Origin: Selenomonas ruminantium
GTDB lineage: Bacteria; Bacillota; Negativicutes; Selenomonadales; Selenomonadaceae
DNA length: 64,000 bases
Reading direction: 5' to 3'
Assembly (NCBI GenBank): GCA_902780915.1
Contig: CACZHK010000011.1
Coordinates: forward strand, 3,767 to 67,766
Shown here: one piece after another, positions 31,179 through 40,594 of the stretch
Numbering within the stretch: position 1 is the first letter of the stretch
Layout of the letters: every line of letters starts with the position of its first letter
Program-made: the position numbers and the translations under genes
The notes under the pieces: model-generated
Database searches by the model: none
Told to the model about the DNA's origin: nothing
The model's input: only the letters and a program-made list of their open reading frames with translations

Positions 31179-32843
31179 TTACATGTGCTCAGGAGCAGAA
31201 ACTCCCAGAAGTCCAAGAGAATGCTTGATAACATGGGCCGTGACCGTCACCAGGGCCAGCCTGGCCTCAGCCAAGGGTGCGTCCACGCCTACGATGCGGC
31301 ACTTGTTGTAGAAGCTGTGGAAAAGGGCAGCCAGGTCATAGCTGTAGCGGGCAATGCGCTGGGGAGCGTAGTCGGCGGCAGCCTTCTCCACTTCCTCGGG
31401 ATAGGACTCGATCTTCTTGATAAGGTCAATCTCGCTTTCGTCCGTGAGCAGCTCAAGATTCACGCTGTCCGTGAGCTTCAGCCCCGTTTCTTCTGCCTGA
31501 CGGAAGATGCTGCAGATGCGGGCGTGGGCGTACTGGATGTAGTACACTGGGTTGTCGTTGGACTTCTTCTTCGCCAGGTCAAGGTCGAAATCAAGCTGGC
31601 TGTCCAGGGAGCGCATGAGGAAGAAGTAGCGGGCAGCATCGGTGCCCACTTCCTCCATGAGCTCGTTCAGCGTCACGCTCTGGCCCGTACGCTTGCTCAT
31701 CTTCACCAGCTCGCCGCCGCGATAGAGGGCTACCATCTGCAATAGCAGCACCGTGAGCTTTTCGGAGTCATGTCCCAGGGCATCCATGGCAGCCTTCACG
31801 CGGCACACATAGCCATGATGATCGGCACCCCAGATGTTGATGAGACGGTCAAAGCCCCGCTCGTACTTGTTGTGATGGTAGGCAATATCTGCTGCCAGAT
31901 AGGTAGGCACGCCGTTGTCGCGGATGACTACCCGGTCCTTGTCGTCCCCGTAGGCGGTGGACTTCAGCCAGAGGGCGCCGTCCTGCTCGTAGATATTGCC
32001 GTTGTCCTGCAGGATCTTCACGGCGGCTTTCACAGCCTCCGGGTGCAGGGTGCGCTCGCTGAACCACTTGTCAAAGGTCACCTGGAAGGCCTCCAGGTCT
32101 TCCTTCAGGGCGGCCAGCTTCTCAAGATAGGCCAGATCCTTGAAGATTTCCAGGCGCTCTGCCTCCTCCATCTTCAGGTATTTGTCCCCGTCCTTCTTGA
32201 TGATGCGCTCAGCCGTATCAATGATGTCGGCACCGTGGTAGCCATTCTCCGGGAACTCCACTGCCACACCGAAGTGCTCCAGATAGCGGGCGTTGACGGA
32301 GAGGGCCAGATTGTCCATCTGGTTGCCTGCGTCATTGATGTAATACTCGCTTTCCACGGGATATCCTGCCGCCCGGAGGATATTCACCAGGGCAGAGCCT
32401 GCAGCAGCCCCGCGGCCATGGCCCACGTGCAGGGGGCCGGTGGGGTTGGCGCTGACATACTCCACCTGGATCTTCGGGGCATCCTTCCGGGGCAGCTGGC
32501 CAAAGGCCTCCCCTGCCGCCAGGATTTTGGCAAAATCATCGTAGAGCACATTGCCCTTCAGATAGACATTGAGGAAGCCCGGCCCTGCAATCTGCGTGTG
32601 GTCCAACCAGCTGTTATCCCCGTTCTCCAGACGCTCGGCAATGGCCTCGGCAATCTGCCGGGGTGCCTTATGGAACACTCTGGCAGACTGCATGGCGATA
32701 TTGGTGGCAAAATCACCATACTCCTTCTGGGGGGGCACCTCCAGATTGATTTCAGGCAGCTCGCCTGCTGGCAGGGCACCGTCAGTGATGGCCTGCTGGG
32801 CGGCCTTTCTGATAGCTTCACACAAGAGATCCTTGATTTCCAA
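31179..32843 (-). CDS. argS: Arginine--tRNA ligase
   Basis: Class I HIGH variant (SANPTGPLHVGHGRG) and a KMSKR motif. TTG start at 32843 lies after AGGGGGA. The longer track ORF would overlap the upstream gene. Confidence 0.92.
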   Translation of the reverse strand: MEIKDLLCEAIRKAAQQAITDGALPAGELPEINLEVPPQKEYGDFATNIAMQSARVFHKAPRQIAEAIAERLENGDNSWLDHTQIAGPGFLNVYLKGNVLYDDFAKILAAGEAFGQLPRKDAPKIQVEYVSANPTGPLHVGHGRGAAAGSALVNILRAAGYPVESEYYINDAGNQMDNLALSVNARYLEHFGVAVEFPENGYHGADIIDTAERIIKKDGDKYLKMEEAERLEIFKDLAYLEKLAALKEDLEAFQVTFDKWFSERTLHPEAVKAAVKILQDNGNIYEQDGALWLKSTAYGDDKDRVVIRDNGVPTYLAADIAYHHNKYERGFDRLINIWGADHHGYVCRVKAAMDALGHDSEKLTVLLLQMVALYRGGELVKMSKRTGQSVTLNELMEEVGTDAARYFFLMRSLDSQLDFDLDLAKKKSNDNPVYYIQYAHARICSIFRQAEETGLKLTDSVNLELLTDESEIDLIKKIESYPEEVEKAAADYAPQRIARYSYDLAALFHSFYNKCRIVGVDAPLAEARLALVTVTAHVIKHSLGLLGVSAPEHM

Positions 32844-32883
32844 AATAAATCCCCCTAAAACTTCATTTATATTAAGGTTAATA

Positions 32884-33315
32884 TCAATCAATCTGCGCAA
32901 CCTCGATGAAGAGGCTGTTCTGGCTTTGATGGACACCCTCCACCGCCAGGCTGTATTCCACCGTGAGCTTCTTGGTATCTGTGGAAAAATCCATGCCCAA
33001 AAATTCCGTGCGCACAGTCAGGTTCAAGCTCCCTATGGGCGTGCGGTAAGGGCTGCGGCTTTCGCGACGGGGCATGAACTCCAGGGTCTGCTCCACGGCA
33101 CCGTGCCGCAGGAGAGTGAGCTTTTCCTCATCGAACTTCAAGGTGGTGGAAACCTTCCCCACCTCAGAGAGTCCCTCTTCCTCATAGAGGACATAATGCT
33201 TGCCCCCTCGGAAAATATAGCGTCCCCTGGCCTCTGTCCGAATGGTGTTTTCTTCTCCCTCAGGAGTTTTCTGCACCCCTCTGACTTTCACCAGCACTGG
33301 GTTCATTTCCTTCAT
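32884..33315 (-). CDS. DUF1934 (YwiB-like) beta-barrel protein
   Basis: The sequence pattern GKHYVLYEE...TLKFDEEKLTLLRHG and its position upstream of argS. ATG 33315 follows GGAGAGGGG. Confidence 0.7.
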   Translation of the reverse strand: MKEMNPVLVKVRGVQKTPEGEENTIRTEARGRYIFRGGKHYVLYEEEGLSEVGKVSTTLKFDEEKLTLLRHGAVEQTLEFMPRRESRSPYRTPIGSLNLTVRTEFLGMDFSTDTKKLTVEYSLAVEGVHQSQNSLFIEVAQID

Positions 33316-33445
33316 TAAAGCCCCCCTCTCCTGCAAACAATACTGTTCCTTATTATAGCTTATGAAAGCCTGCTTGCCAACAAAAATTTGAACAATGATG
33401 GCATAAATGATGGTATAATAAACCTTATCCTAAGGAGGAATCTAT

Positions 33446-34291
33446 ATGCACCAGTATTTATTCTATATAGGGAACTTTCCTATCCGCAGCTATGGACTCG
33501 TCATCTCCCTCTCCATCATTCTGGCCACAGGGGTGGGCTACTTCCTGGCCAAGAAGGAAAGAAAAGGCTACGAGAAACATATCGTGGATCTTGGCATCTA
33601 CTGCGGCATCGCCGGACTTATCGGAGCGCGGCTCTGGGATGTGTTCTTCTTTGACTGGGACTACTACTCCCACCATCTGACGGAACTCTTCGCCGTCTGG
33701 CAGGGAGGCATGGCCATCCAGGGCGGCGTGCTGCTGGGGGTGCTCACGGGTGTTTATTATTGCCAAAAGCACGATCTCCCTACTCTGGAACTCATGGATA
33801 TCCTTGCTCCCGCTATCATCTTGGGGCAGGCTTTGGGGCGCTGTGCCAATCTTCTCAACGGTGATGCCTTCGGCGCCCCCACAGGCGGCAGCTTCGGCCT
33901 GCTCTACCCCGATACCACCCTGGCCTACCGCACTTACGGCAGCCAGCCCCTGTGGCCTGCTGAGGTCTGGGAAGGGCAGCTTGACATAGTCATCTTTGCC
34001 CTGCTCCTGATGTTCCGCAGCCATCGCCACGCCAGGGGCCAATGCTTCGCCCTCTATGTCTTTCTCTACAGCGCTGCCCGCTTCTGCCTGGAATTCCTGC
34101 GGGGTGACTACACAGATAAGGTGTTGGGCCTGTTCACCAGCGCCCAGACCACCAGCCTCCTGCTCATGCTCCTTTCCCTGCTGGCCTTTGCAGGCGCCCA
34201 GCTTTATGCACGGAGGCAGCGGAAAAGGCGCCGACTTTCTCCCATCATTGCTGCCACCAGCAAGAAAAAGAAGGAATCTGACATTGATTGA
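33446..34291 (+). CDS. lgt: Prolipoprotein diacylglyceryl transferase
   Basis: FPIRSYGLVISLSI start, GARLWDV and GRCANLLNGDAFG motifs. Basic C-terminal tail. Confidence 0.9.
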   Translation: MHQYLFYIGNFPIRSYGLVISLSIILATGVGYFLAKKERKGYEKHIVDLGIYCGIAGLIGARLWDVFFFDWDYYSHHLTELFAVWQGGMAIQGGVLLGVLTGVYYCQKHDLPTLELMDILAPAIILGQALGRCANLLNGDAFGAPTGGSFGLLYPDTTLAYRTYGSQPLWPAEVWEGQLDIVIFALLLMFRSHRHARGQCFALYVFLYSAARFCLEFLRGDYTDKVLGLFTSAQTTSLLLMLLSLLAFAGAQLYARRQRKRRRLSPIIAATSKKKKESDID

Positions 34292-34353
34292 CGAACTAAT
34301 ATAAGATGCGGTATAATTTTTTCTATGACTATATAAAAAGGAGGGTTTGGTTC

Positions 34354-34812
34354 GTGAAACTCAATGCAAGACACCTGACGGTGGATTTGTATAACTGCAA
34401 GAACAGTCAGCTTACCGACATAGAGCTCATCAAGGAAACCCTGAAGAAAAGCCTCTCCCTGCACGGAGCCAGTCTCATCAGCCTTTGCTGTGAAAAAGTT
34501 GGGGAAGGCCATCACGCCCTGATGGGCATTTGGGAGGAAGGCCATATTTCCCTGCAAATCTACGGCGAACTGAGATATGTGGCCATGGACATCTTCCTCT
34601 GCAAGGAAAATGCCCAGCCCGAGGCCATCTCCAAGGCCATGCGCGCCTTCTTCAAGCCGGACAAGACCAAGACCACTCTCCTCAAGCGCGGAGACTTCAC
34701 TTCTGCGAAGGAAATCAAACCCAAGGTCAAGACCCATGTGGCTCCCCTGCGCAAGATACACAACACCGGTGCCAAAGTCATCCGCATCCTGGCCCGCCGC
34801 AACAACAACTGA
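34354..34812 (+). CDS. S-adenosylmethionine decarboxylase (SpeH/SpeD class 1) homologue lacking the processing serine
   Basis: It aligns by eye to B. subtilis SpeD: GRH..ELWGC corresponds to ARHLTVDLYNC, and ISESHLTIHSFPE corresponds to IWEEGHISLQIYGE. GTG start at 34354 lies 9 nt after AAGGAGG. Confidence 0.6.
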   Translation: MKLNARHLTVDLYNCKNSQLTDIELIKETLKKSLSLHGASLISLCCEKVGEGHHALMGIWEEGHISLQIYGELRYVAMDIFLCKENAQPEAISKAMRAFFKPDKTKTTLLKRGDFTSAKEIKPKVKTHVAPLRKIHNTGAKVIRILARRNNN

Positions 34813-34822
34813 TAATGCCAAG

Positions 34823-34848
34823 AAACCGCCCTCGGGCGGTTTTTATCT
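34823..34848 (+). terminator. Intrinsic terminator
   Basis: AAACCGCCC-TCG-GGCGGTTT followed by TTTAT. Confidence 0.65.
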
Positions 34849-34875
34849 AAGCCTGACCTCTAAGGAGTGTGTACT

Positions 34876-35925
34876 TTGGACAATCCCGACCCTAATAGTT
34901 GGCTCAAAATCATCATCGCCCTTCTCGCCCTGCTCTTTTTCTTTGCCTTCGCCGCCTGCCTCACCCTCACCCTCAGAGGCTACCTGCCCAAGGCCAGCGA
35001 CGACGAGGATGAAGAATCCCACCTGTTGCCCCGGGCAGTCAAATGCCTCTCGACCCTCTCCGCTCCCTGGCTCATCTTCACTGCCGGCCTGGCCAAGCTC
35101 CTGCTGCTGCTCTCGGGTCACACGCCCCAGAACCAGGAAAGCGTCACTGAGGACGAGGTCAAGGACCTCATCGAGCAGGGCACGGAAGAAGGCACCTTTG
35201 AGAAGACTGAGCAGGCCATGGTGGACAATATCTTCCACATGAGCGACCAGACCATCTACGCCCTCATGACTCCCAGGCCCCAAATGCTCTGGCTGGATCT
35301 GGCAGACCCCTTGAAGCACAATCTGCGCCTGATAAGGGAGACCGCCCAGACGGTGTTCCCCGTGGGCAGGGACAGCCTGGATGACTTCTGCGGCGTGCTC
35401 TATGCCAAAGAACTTTTAGATGCCAGCCTCTCCCGCAAGCCGCTGGACCTTGCCCAGTACATACACAAGCCCATCTTCGTGCCCCGTTCCATGGAAACCT
35501 TCCGGGTGCTGGAAAAGATGAAGGACAGTGACATCCACGAGGCCATGGTGCTGGACGAATACGGAGGCGTAGTAGGCTTCGTGACCCTCACGGACATCTT
35601 GGAAGAAATCATCGGCGACACCATCACGAATGGTGAGCCGGATCTGCCCCAGCTCACCATTCGTGATGATCACTCCTGGCTGGTGGATGGCCTCTACTCC
35701 ATCGACGATTTCAAGGAGCGCTTCGACATCGAAGAACTCCCCGACGAAGACCATGACCACTACCAGACCATGGGCGGCTTCCTCACCTCCTACTTCGGCT
35801 ATATCCCCAAGGTAGGCGAGAAAAAAGACTGGCAGGACTTCACCTTCGAGGTGCTGAATATGGACAGAGCCAGGGTAGACAAGATACTCATTACGGAAAA
35901 GCGGGATCTCTCCACAGAACCATGA
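34876..35925 (+). CDS. Hemolysin/CorC-family protein (short membrane N-terminus, CBS pair, CorC_HlyC domain)
   Basis: Motifs TEDEVKDLIEQGTEEG, IMTPR-like LMTPRPQM, a CBS pair and C-terminal TMGGFL...G. TTG 34876 has better spacing to AAGGAG than GTG 34867. Confidence 0.8.
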   Translation: MDNPDPNSWLKIIIALLALLFFFAFAACLTLTLRGYLPKASDDEDEESHLLPRAVKCLSTLSAPWLIFTAGLAKLLLLLSGHTPQNQESVTEDEVKDLIEQGTEEGTFEKTEQAMVDNIFHMSDQTIYALMTPRPQMLWLDLADPLKHNLRLIRETAQTVFPVGRDSLDDFCGVLYAKELLDASLSRKPLDLAQYIHKPIFVPRSMETFRVLEKMKDSDIHEAMVLDEYGGVVGFVTLTDILEEIIGDTITNGEPDLPQLTIRDDHSWLVDGLYSIDDFKERFDIEELPDEDHDHYQTMGGFLTSYFGYIPKVGEKKDWQDFTFEVLNMDRARVDKILITEKRDLSTEP

Positions 35926-35928
35926 CGG

Positions 35929-35976
35929 CAAAAAAATGCGCTCCAAAGCCACATCAGGCTTTGGAGCGCATTTTTC
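35929..35976. terminator. Bidirectional intrinsic terminator
   Basis: ATGCGCTCCAAAGCC-acatca-GGCTTTGGAGCGCAT flanked by A7 and T5, between convergent genes. Confidence 0.7.
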
Positions 35977-35979
35977 ATC

Positions 35980-36525
35980 TCATTTGATCACCCGGAACCG
36001 CTGCAGCCTCAGTTCCCTTTCCTGGGCCACCTGCGCGGGATCGCGGTTTTCCCTGGCCACCATATGGTGGGTGGGCACGGGATGCAAGGCCGGCTTCACA
36101 GCAGCCTTCTTTTGCTGCTCGAGGTAGAGAATCTCCAGCATATTGACCTGTCTCAGATAGTCCTTGAGATACCCCTGCTTGCGGGCGTAGCGGATTTTCC
36201 TGGCCAGCACCAGCACGGCTTCATCCTGCAGTTCCAGCAGGCTTTCCCGGGCCAGGATTTCCCCATTGCCTAAATAATCTATGAGCTCGCCCCGGAAATA
36301 GGCCAGACGCATGCGCTCCTGCAGGCGCAGGGCGGCCCTGGTCAGTATGCCGTCCAGCCTTTCCTCAAAACTGCCATGCTTCAAGCAAAGCACCTCCATA
36401 TCGCGAGCAAGGCTCCACTTCTCCCCATCTTGAAAGCTCCTCCCTTGCTGCTCATTACTGAGCATTTTGGGCATATATTCGCATTGGGCGTTTCTTTTTC
36501 CTGCTGGCAGGAAAAATTTTATCAT
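35980..36525 (-). CDS. Hypothetical helical protein translationally coupled to the sensor kinase
   Basis: The ATG at 36525 overlaps the kinase TGA (ATGA). No family recognised. Confidence 0.45.
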   Translation of the reverse strand: MIKFFLPAGKRNAQCEYMPKMLSNEQQGRSFQDGEKWSLARDMEVLCLKHGSFEERLDGILTRAALRLQERMRLAYFRGELIDYLGNGEILARESLLELQDEAVLVLARKIRYARKQGYLKDYLRQVNMLEILYLEQQKKAAVKPALHPVPTHHMVARENRDPAQVAQERELRLQRFRVIK

Positions 36526-37883
36526 ACTTCCGCCGGCTTCTCTTCCTGGCGGGTGAGTCCTGCCCAGCCCTTGCTGGTCAGGCGAGTCCTCAGTTCCACG
36601 ATGAAGGTTGTGCCCTTGCCCAAAGCGCTTTCGATGCGGATATGTCCCTTGTGCAGGTTCACGATTTCCTGGGCGATGGCCAGCCCCAGGCCATTGCCTC
36701 CCATCTCCCGGGAGCGGGCCTTGTCCACTCGGTAGAAGCGGTCAAAGACCCTCTCCTGATCTTCCGGGGCAATGCCGATGCCTGTGTCGGCCACGGCAAA
36801 CTTCACCCGCCCTTTTTCCGCCTTCAGCAGGGACACAGTGACTGCACCACCCTCCGGGGTGTACTTCACAGCATTGTCCACCAAAATGAGGATCAGCTGG
36901 CGGATTTTCTGCTCATCGGCCTGGATATCCGTTTTCTCAAGGTTGTAGGTATTGAGGGTGATATGCTTCTGATCAGCCAGCGGCTGCATGAGGCGGGAGG
37001 TCTGCTCGATGAGGCCTGCCAGGTCGAATTTCTGCGGCTTGAGCTTCAAGGCCTTGTTGTCGCTGCGGGCCACCACCAAGAGATCGCTCACCAGCTTGGT
37101 CATCTTCTTGACCTCGTCCCGCACATCTTCAATGACCTGCTTGAGGAAGGGAGACTGGATGCTGGGGTCATTCTGCAAAAGGTCTGCCGAGGCCATGACT
37201 ACCGCCAGAGGGGTTCTCAGCTCATGGGAAGCGTCCGCCGCAAACTGCCGCTGCTTCTCGTAGGCAGCCTTCAACGGCACCATGGCCCTGCCTGAGAGGA
37301 TATGCCCTACCCCGGCAGCAATCAGCAGGGCCAGCACCCCCACGATGGCCAGGGCGTAGGTGGACTTTTCCATGCCGTTGTACATGGCAGTGACATCCTT
37401 GCCCACATAGACCCGCTGGCCTGTAGCACCATTCCAGGTGCCCTTGACCTCTCTGGCAGTCATCATGATCTTGCTCTTGTGCCCGTTCTCTCCCGACTTG
37501 GTAAAGACAGACACCTCTCCCTCCGGCAGGTTCCAGTCCTGCATGACATCCAGGATAAAGGGCTCAATGCGGAAAGAAGCCCGGGAGAAGTTCAAGAGCC
37601 TCCCCTCACCGTCAAAGACGTAAAAGAAAAGCCTGTCATTGGTACTCTTGTATACCACGCTGTCATCAATCACCAGTTCCGGGTGCTGGTTGAGGTAGTT
37701 CTGGGCATCGCTGACATTTTCCGCCGTGTCAAGGAGTTCCCTGGCCTGCTCAGAGGTGATGGACCACTCCATAGAACGGTGCATGACGAAAAGTATCACC
37801 GCCAGAAAAACTATCATCACCAGGGAATAAAGCATTGTAAGCCGCTGGCGGCTGCGGCCGAAAAGATTTTCGGAAATGGCCAT
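36522..37883 (-). CDS. Sensor histidine kinase (HisKA + HATPase_c)
   Basis: Two TM segments, H-box ADASHELRTPLAV, N-box LVDNAVKYT and G-box ADTGIGI...GGNGLGLAI. Confidence 0.9.
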   Translation of the reverse strand: MAISENLFGRSRQRLTMLYSLVMIVFLAVILFVMHRSMEWSITSEQARELLDTAENVSDAQNYLNQHPELVIDDSVVYKSTNDRLFFYVFDGEGRLLNFSRASFRIEPFILDVMQDWNLPEGEVSVFTKSGENGHKSKIMMTAREVKGTWNGATGQRVYVGKDVTAMYNGMEKSTYALAIVGVLALLIAAGVGHILSGRAMVPLKAAYEKQRQFAADASHELRTPLAVVMASADLLQNDPSIQSPFLKQVIEDVRDEVKKMTKLVSDLLVVARSDNKALKLKPQKFDLAGLIEQTSRLMQPLADQKHITLNTYNLEKTDIQADEQKIRQLILILVDNAVKYTPEGGAVTVSLLKAEKGRVKFAVADTGIGIAPEDQERVFDRFYRVDKARSREMGGNGLGLAIAQEIVNLHKGHIRIESALGKGTTFIVELRTRLTSKGWAGLTRQEEKPAEV

Positions 37884-38560
37884 CAGGCACCAGCCTCCAG
37901 CTTGTAGCCTACGCCGCGGACAGTCTTGATGACAGTCTGGCCATCCCCGGTGTCGATTTTCTTTCGGAGTATCTTCATATAAGAATCAATGTTATTGGAG
38001 CTCACATCCGATTCCAGCCCCCAGATGCGGTCAAGGATGATGTCGCGTGGCACCACGATGCCAATATTCTGGGCCAGCAGGTCAAAAATCTGGAACTCCC
38101 GGGGGGAAAGCTGAATGACCTGGTCCTTCTTCTTCAGCACCTTGGCCGTGCGGTTCAGGGTGAAATCACCTACCTCCACCACATCCTGCTGAATCTTCTG
38201 GGTGCTGCGGCGGCCCAGGGCACGAAGCCTTGCCAGAAGTTCTGCAAATTCAAAGGGCTTCACCAGATAGTCATCGGCTCCTGCATCCAGCCCTGTGACC
38301 CTGTCCTCCACGGAATCCCTGGCCGTCAGCATGAGGATAGCCCTTTCATAGCCGTCCCTCCTGAGCCTTGCACAGGCATCCACGCCGTTTTCCCCGGGCA
38401 TCATCCAGTCCAGCACCAGAATGTCATAATCGGCATACATGGCATACTCATAGATGTCGCTGCCGTTGGTGACCCACTCCACCTGAATGTTGTTCTGCTC
38501 CAGCATATATTGTATCAGCTTGCCTAAGCGCTTGTCGTCTTCTGCCAAAAGAACCCGCAT
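37883..38560 (-). CDS. OmpR-family response regulator
   Basis: Receiver domain (RVLLAEDD...LVLDWMMPG) plus a winged-helix trans_reg_C domain (IKTVRGVGYKL). A 1-nt overlap with the kinase start. Confidence 0.92.
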   Translation of the reverse strand: MRVLLAEDDKRLGKLIQYMLEQNNIQVEWVTNGSDIYEYAMYADYDILVLDWMMPGENGVDACARLRRDGYERAILMLTARDSVEDRVTGLDAGADDYLVKPFEFAELLARLRALGRRSTQKIQQDVVEVGDFTLNRTAKVLKKKDQVIQLSPREFQIFDLLAQNIGIVVPRDIILDRIWGLESDVSSNNIDSYMKILRKKIDTGDGQTVIKTVRGVGYKLEAGA

Positions 38561-38646
38561 ATCTCATCTGCCTCCTGGAAAATCTAATTTGCATGCAATT
38601 CCCTTCTATTATAAACCTTTGACATTAGCCACGCTTGAAATTCTAA

Positions 38647-38672
38647 TGAAAAAGAGCACCTTGCGGTGCTCT
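38647..38672 (-). terminator. Intrinsic terminator after guaB
   Basis: Minus strand reads AGAGCACC-GCAA-GGTGCTCT followed by TTTTT. Confidence 0.6.
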
Positions 38673-38691
38673 CATAATCGGAAATTATATT

Positions 38692-40197
38692 TTAGTCACG
38701 TCCAAGCTGGTCGCGCTTGATGACATCATGGGCGCCGCCCTCCACGATGGAGGTAGCGGACACCAAAGTCAGACGGGCCTTATCCCTGAACTCAGGCAGA
38801 GAAAGGGCACCGCAGTTGCACATGGTGGAGCGGATCTTGGCCGTGGTGGTGAAGACATTGTCCTTCAGGGTGCCGGCATAGGGCACATAGGAATCCACGC
38901 CCTCCTCGAAGGAGAGCTTCTTGGCGCCGCCCAGATCATAGCGCTGCCAATTGCGGGCGCGGTTGGAGCCTTCGCCCCAATACTCCTTGTAGTAATTGCC
39001 ATTGAGCTTGATCTTGGCCGTGGGGCTCTCGTCAAAGCGGGAGAAGTAACGGCCCAGCATGAGGAAGTCCGCCCCCATAGCCAGCGCCAAAGTCATGTGA
39101 TAGTCATGGACAATGCCGCCATCAGAGCAGACAGGGATATAAATGCCAGTCTCCTCATAGTACTCGTCGCGAGCCTTGCAGACATCAATGAGCGCCGTAG
39201 CCTGGCCGCGGCCGATGCCCTTGGTCTCACGGGTGATGCAGATGGAGCCGCCGCCGATGCCCACCTTGACAAAATCTGCCCCGGCCTCGGCCAGGAAGCG
39301 GAAACCATCGGCGTCTACTACGTTGCCTGCTCCCACCTTCACATCCTCACCGAAGTTCTCGTGGATGTATTTCAAGGTGATGCGCTGCCACTCGGAGAAG
39401 CCCTCGGAGGAGTCAATGCACAGCACGTCAGCCCCAGCCTCCAGAAGCGCCGGCACGCGCTCAGCGTAATCCCTGGTGTTGATGCCTGCACCGACAATGT
39501 AGCGCTTGTCCTTGTCCAAAAGTTCCAGCTTATTTTCCTTGCTGTCCGTATAGTCCTTGCGGAAAACCATGTAACGCAGGCGCTGCTGCTTGTCTACCAG
39601 GGGCAGCATATTCAGCTTGTGCTCCCAGATGAGGTCGTTGGCCTGTGAAAGAGTAGTCGTATCGGCATCGGCGCAAACCAGCTTTTCGAAGGGAGTCATG
39701 AAGGTGCCGGCCTGAGTATCAAGGCTCATGCGGCTGATGCGATAGTCACGGCTGGTGACAATGCCCAGCAGCTTGCCATTTGAAGTGCCGTCTTCCGTGA
39801 CGGCCATGGTAGAGTGGCCGGTCTGTTCAAGGAGCTCTAAAATCTCCCCCAGGGTGGTAGTAGTCCTGATATTGGAATCGGAGCTGACAAAACCGGACTT
39901 GTAGCTCTTCACCTTGGCTACCATAGCTGCTTCTTCCTCAATGGTCTGCGAACCATAGATGAAAGAGACGCCGCCCTCCTTGGCCAGAGCAATGGCCATG
40001 GTGTCATTGGACACAGACTGCATGATGGCAGACGTCATGGGGATGTTCATGGAGAGCTTCGGCTCCTCGCCCTTCTTGAACTTCACCAAGGGCGTGCGGA
40101 GGGACACATTCGCCGGGATGCACTGCTCAGAAGAATAGCCCGGTACCAGAAGATACTCCCCGAACGTATGTGATGGTTCCTTGAAATAGAATGCCAA
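38692..40197 (-). CDS. guaB: IMP dehydrogenase family protein (501 aa, with a CBS subdomain)
   Basis: TIM-barrel motifs [11 protein letters not shown] and [13 protein letters not shown] (catalytic Cys loop), plus a CBS insert. A TTGACA-17-TAAGAT promoter lies at 40269-40241. Confidence 0.85.
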   Translation of the reverse strand: MAFYFKEPSHTFGEYLLVPGYSSEQCIPANVSLRTPLVKFKKGEEPKLSMNIPMTSAIMQSVSNDTMAIALAKEGGVSFIYGSQTIEEEAAMVAKVKSYKSGFVSSDSNIRTTTTLGEILELLEQTGHSTMAVTEDGTSNGKLLGIVTSRDYRISRMSLDTQAGTFMTPFEKLVCADADTTTLSQANDLIWEHKLNMLPLVDKQQRLRYMVFRKDYTDSKENKLELLDKDKRYIVGAGINTRDYAERVPALLEAGADVLCIDSSEGFSEWQRITLKYIHENFGEDVKVGAGNVVDADGFRFLAEAGADFVKVGIGGGSICITRETKGIGRGQATALIDVCKARDEYYEETGIYIPVCSDGGIVHDYHMTLALAMGADFLMLGRYFSRFDESPTAKIKLNGNYYKEYWGEGSNRARNWQRYDLGGAKKLSFEEGVDSYVPYAGTLKDNVFTTTAKIRSTMCNCGALSLPEFRDKARLTLVSATSIVEGGAHDVIKRDQLGRD

Positions 40198-40300
40198 CGT
40201 AACCCCTTCTTTCTGTAGAGTGGAAAATTATATTTTCAAAATCTTAACATAGGCGTTATTCTCTGTCAATGATTTGGGGCAAATTTTCCAGCCCGCCCAT

Positions 40301-40510
40301 AAGAAAACCGGCAGGCCCTGCAGGTGCGTCCACCTGACCGGCTGCCGGTTTTTCCAAAATGCTATTTTCCGTTCTCATGTCTGCCTTGGGATCGCTTTAC
40401 GGGCCCATCGGACGTTCCCCTCCTTTGTGCTCCAGTCTACCAACCCACGGCAAGAGTTCCGCTTCCCTTCGGCTAGCATTACCATTCCCGGGAGGCCTCG
40501 CTCTCCTTTT
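40301..40510 (-). ncRNA. Candidate structured small RNA (class not identified) with its own promoter and terminator
   Basis: A TTGACA-17-TAATAT promoter (40544-40516) is followed by a body of about 155 nt with long-range pairings: AAUGCUA/UAGCAUU and CUUGCC-G-UGGG/CCCA-A-GGCAG. It ends in a long hairpin with a U-run (40355-40301). The guaB promoter lies downstream of that terminator. Confidence 0.35.
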
Positions 40511-40515
40511 GTAAT

Positions 40516-40544
40516 ATATTAGCAGATGATAAAGTGATTGTCAA
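40516..40544 (-). promoter_or_regulatory. Sigma-70-type promoter of the candidate sRNA
   Basis: Minus strand: TTGACA at 40544-40539, a 17-nt spacer, and TAATAT at 40521-40516. Confidence 0.55.
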
Positions 40545-40594
40545 CAATTTTTAGACTCTTTTGGCTACGAAGGATTAAAACATTTCAACACAAC

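Noticed and set aside
40308-40355. The hairpin contains GGUCAGGU, the 8-mer of the SRP RNA domain IV 5' strand, so I considered SRP (ffs) RNA.
   Set aside because: The loop is GACG, not GNAR. The GGAAGCAGC 3' strand and the AGG/AGCA symmetric loop are absent, and the stem is followed by a U-run. It behaves as an ordinary intrinsic terminator.
40274-40522. An 82-aa plus-strand ORF between guaB and tRNA-Pro.
   Set aside because: It has no RBS and lies antisense to a promoter-to-terminator unit with clear RNA structure. It runs through the bidirectional hairpin. The RNA interpretation is preferred.
40198-40560. A purine, ZTP or PRPP-type riboswitch controlling guaB.
   Set aside because: By eye I found no match to the purine three-way junction consensus or to the ZTP (ACUGGCG...CCGCCUGGGC) or ykkC-type motifs. 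In addition, a good guaB promoter lies downstream of the terminator. The region is kept only as an unclassified RNA candidate.
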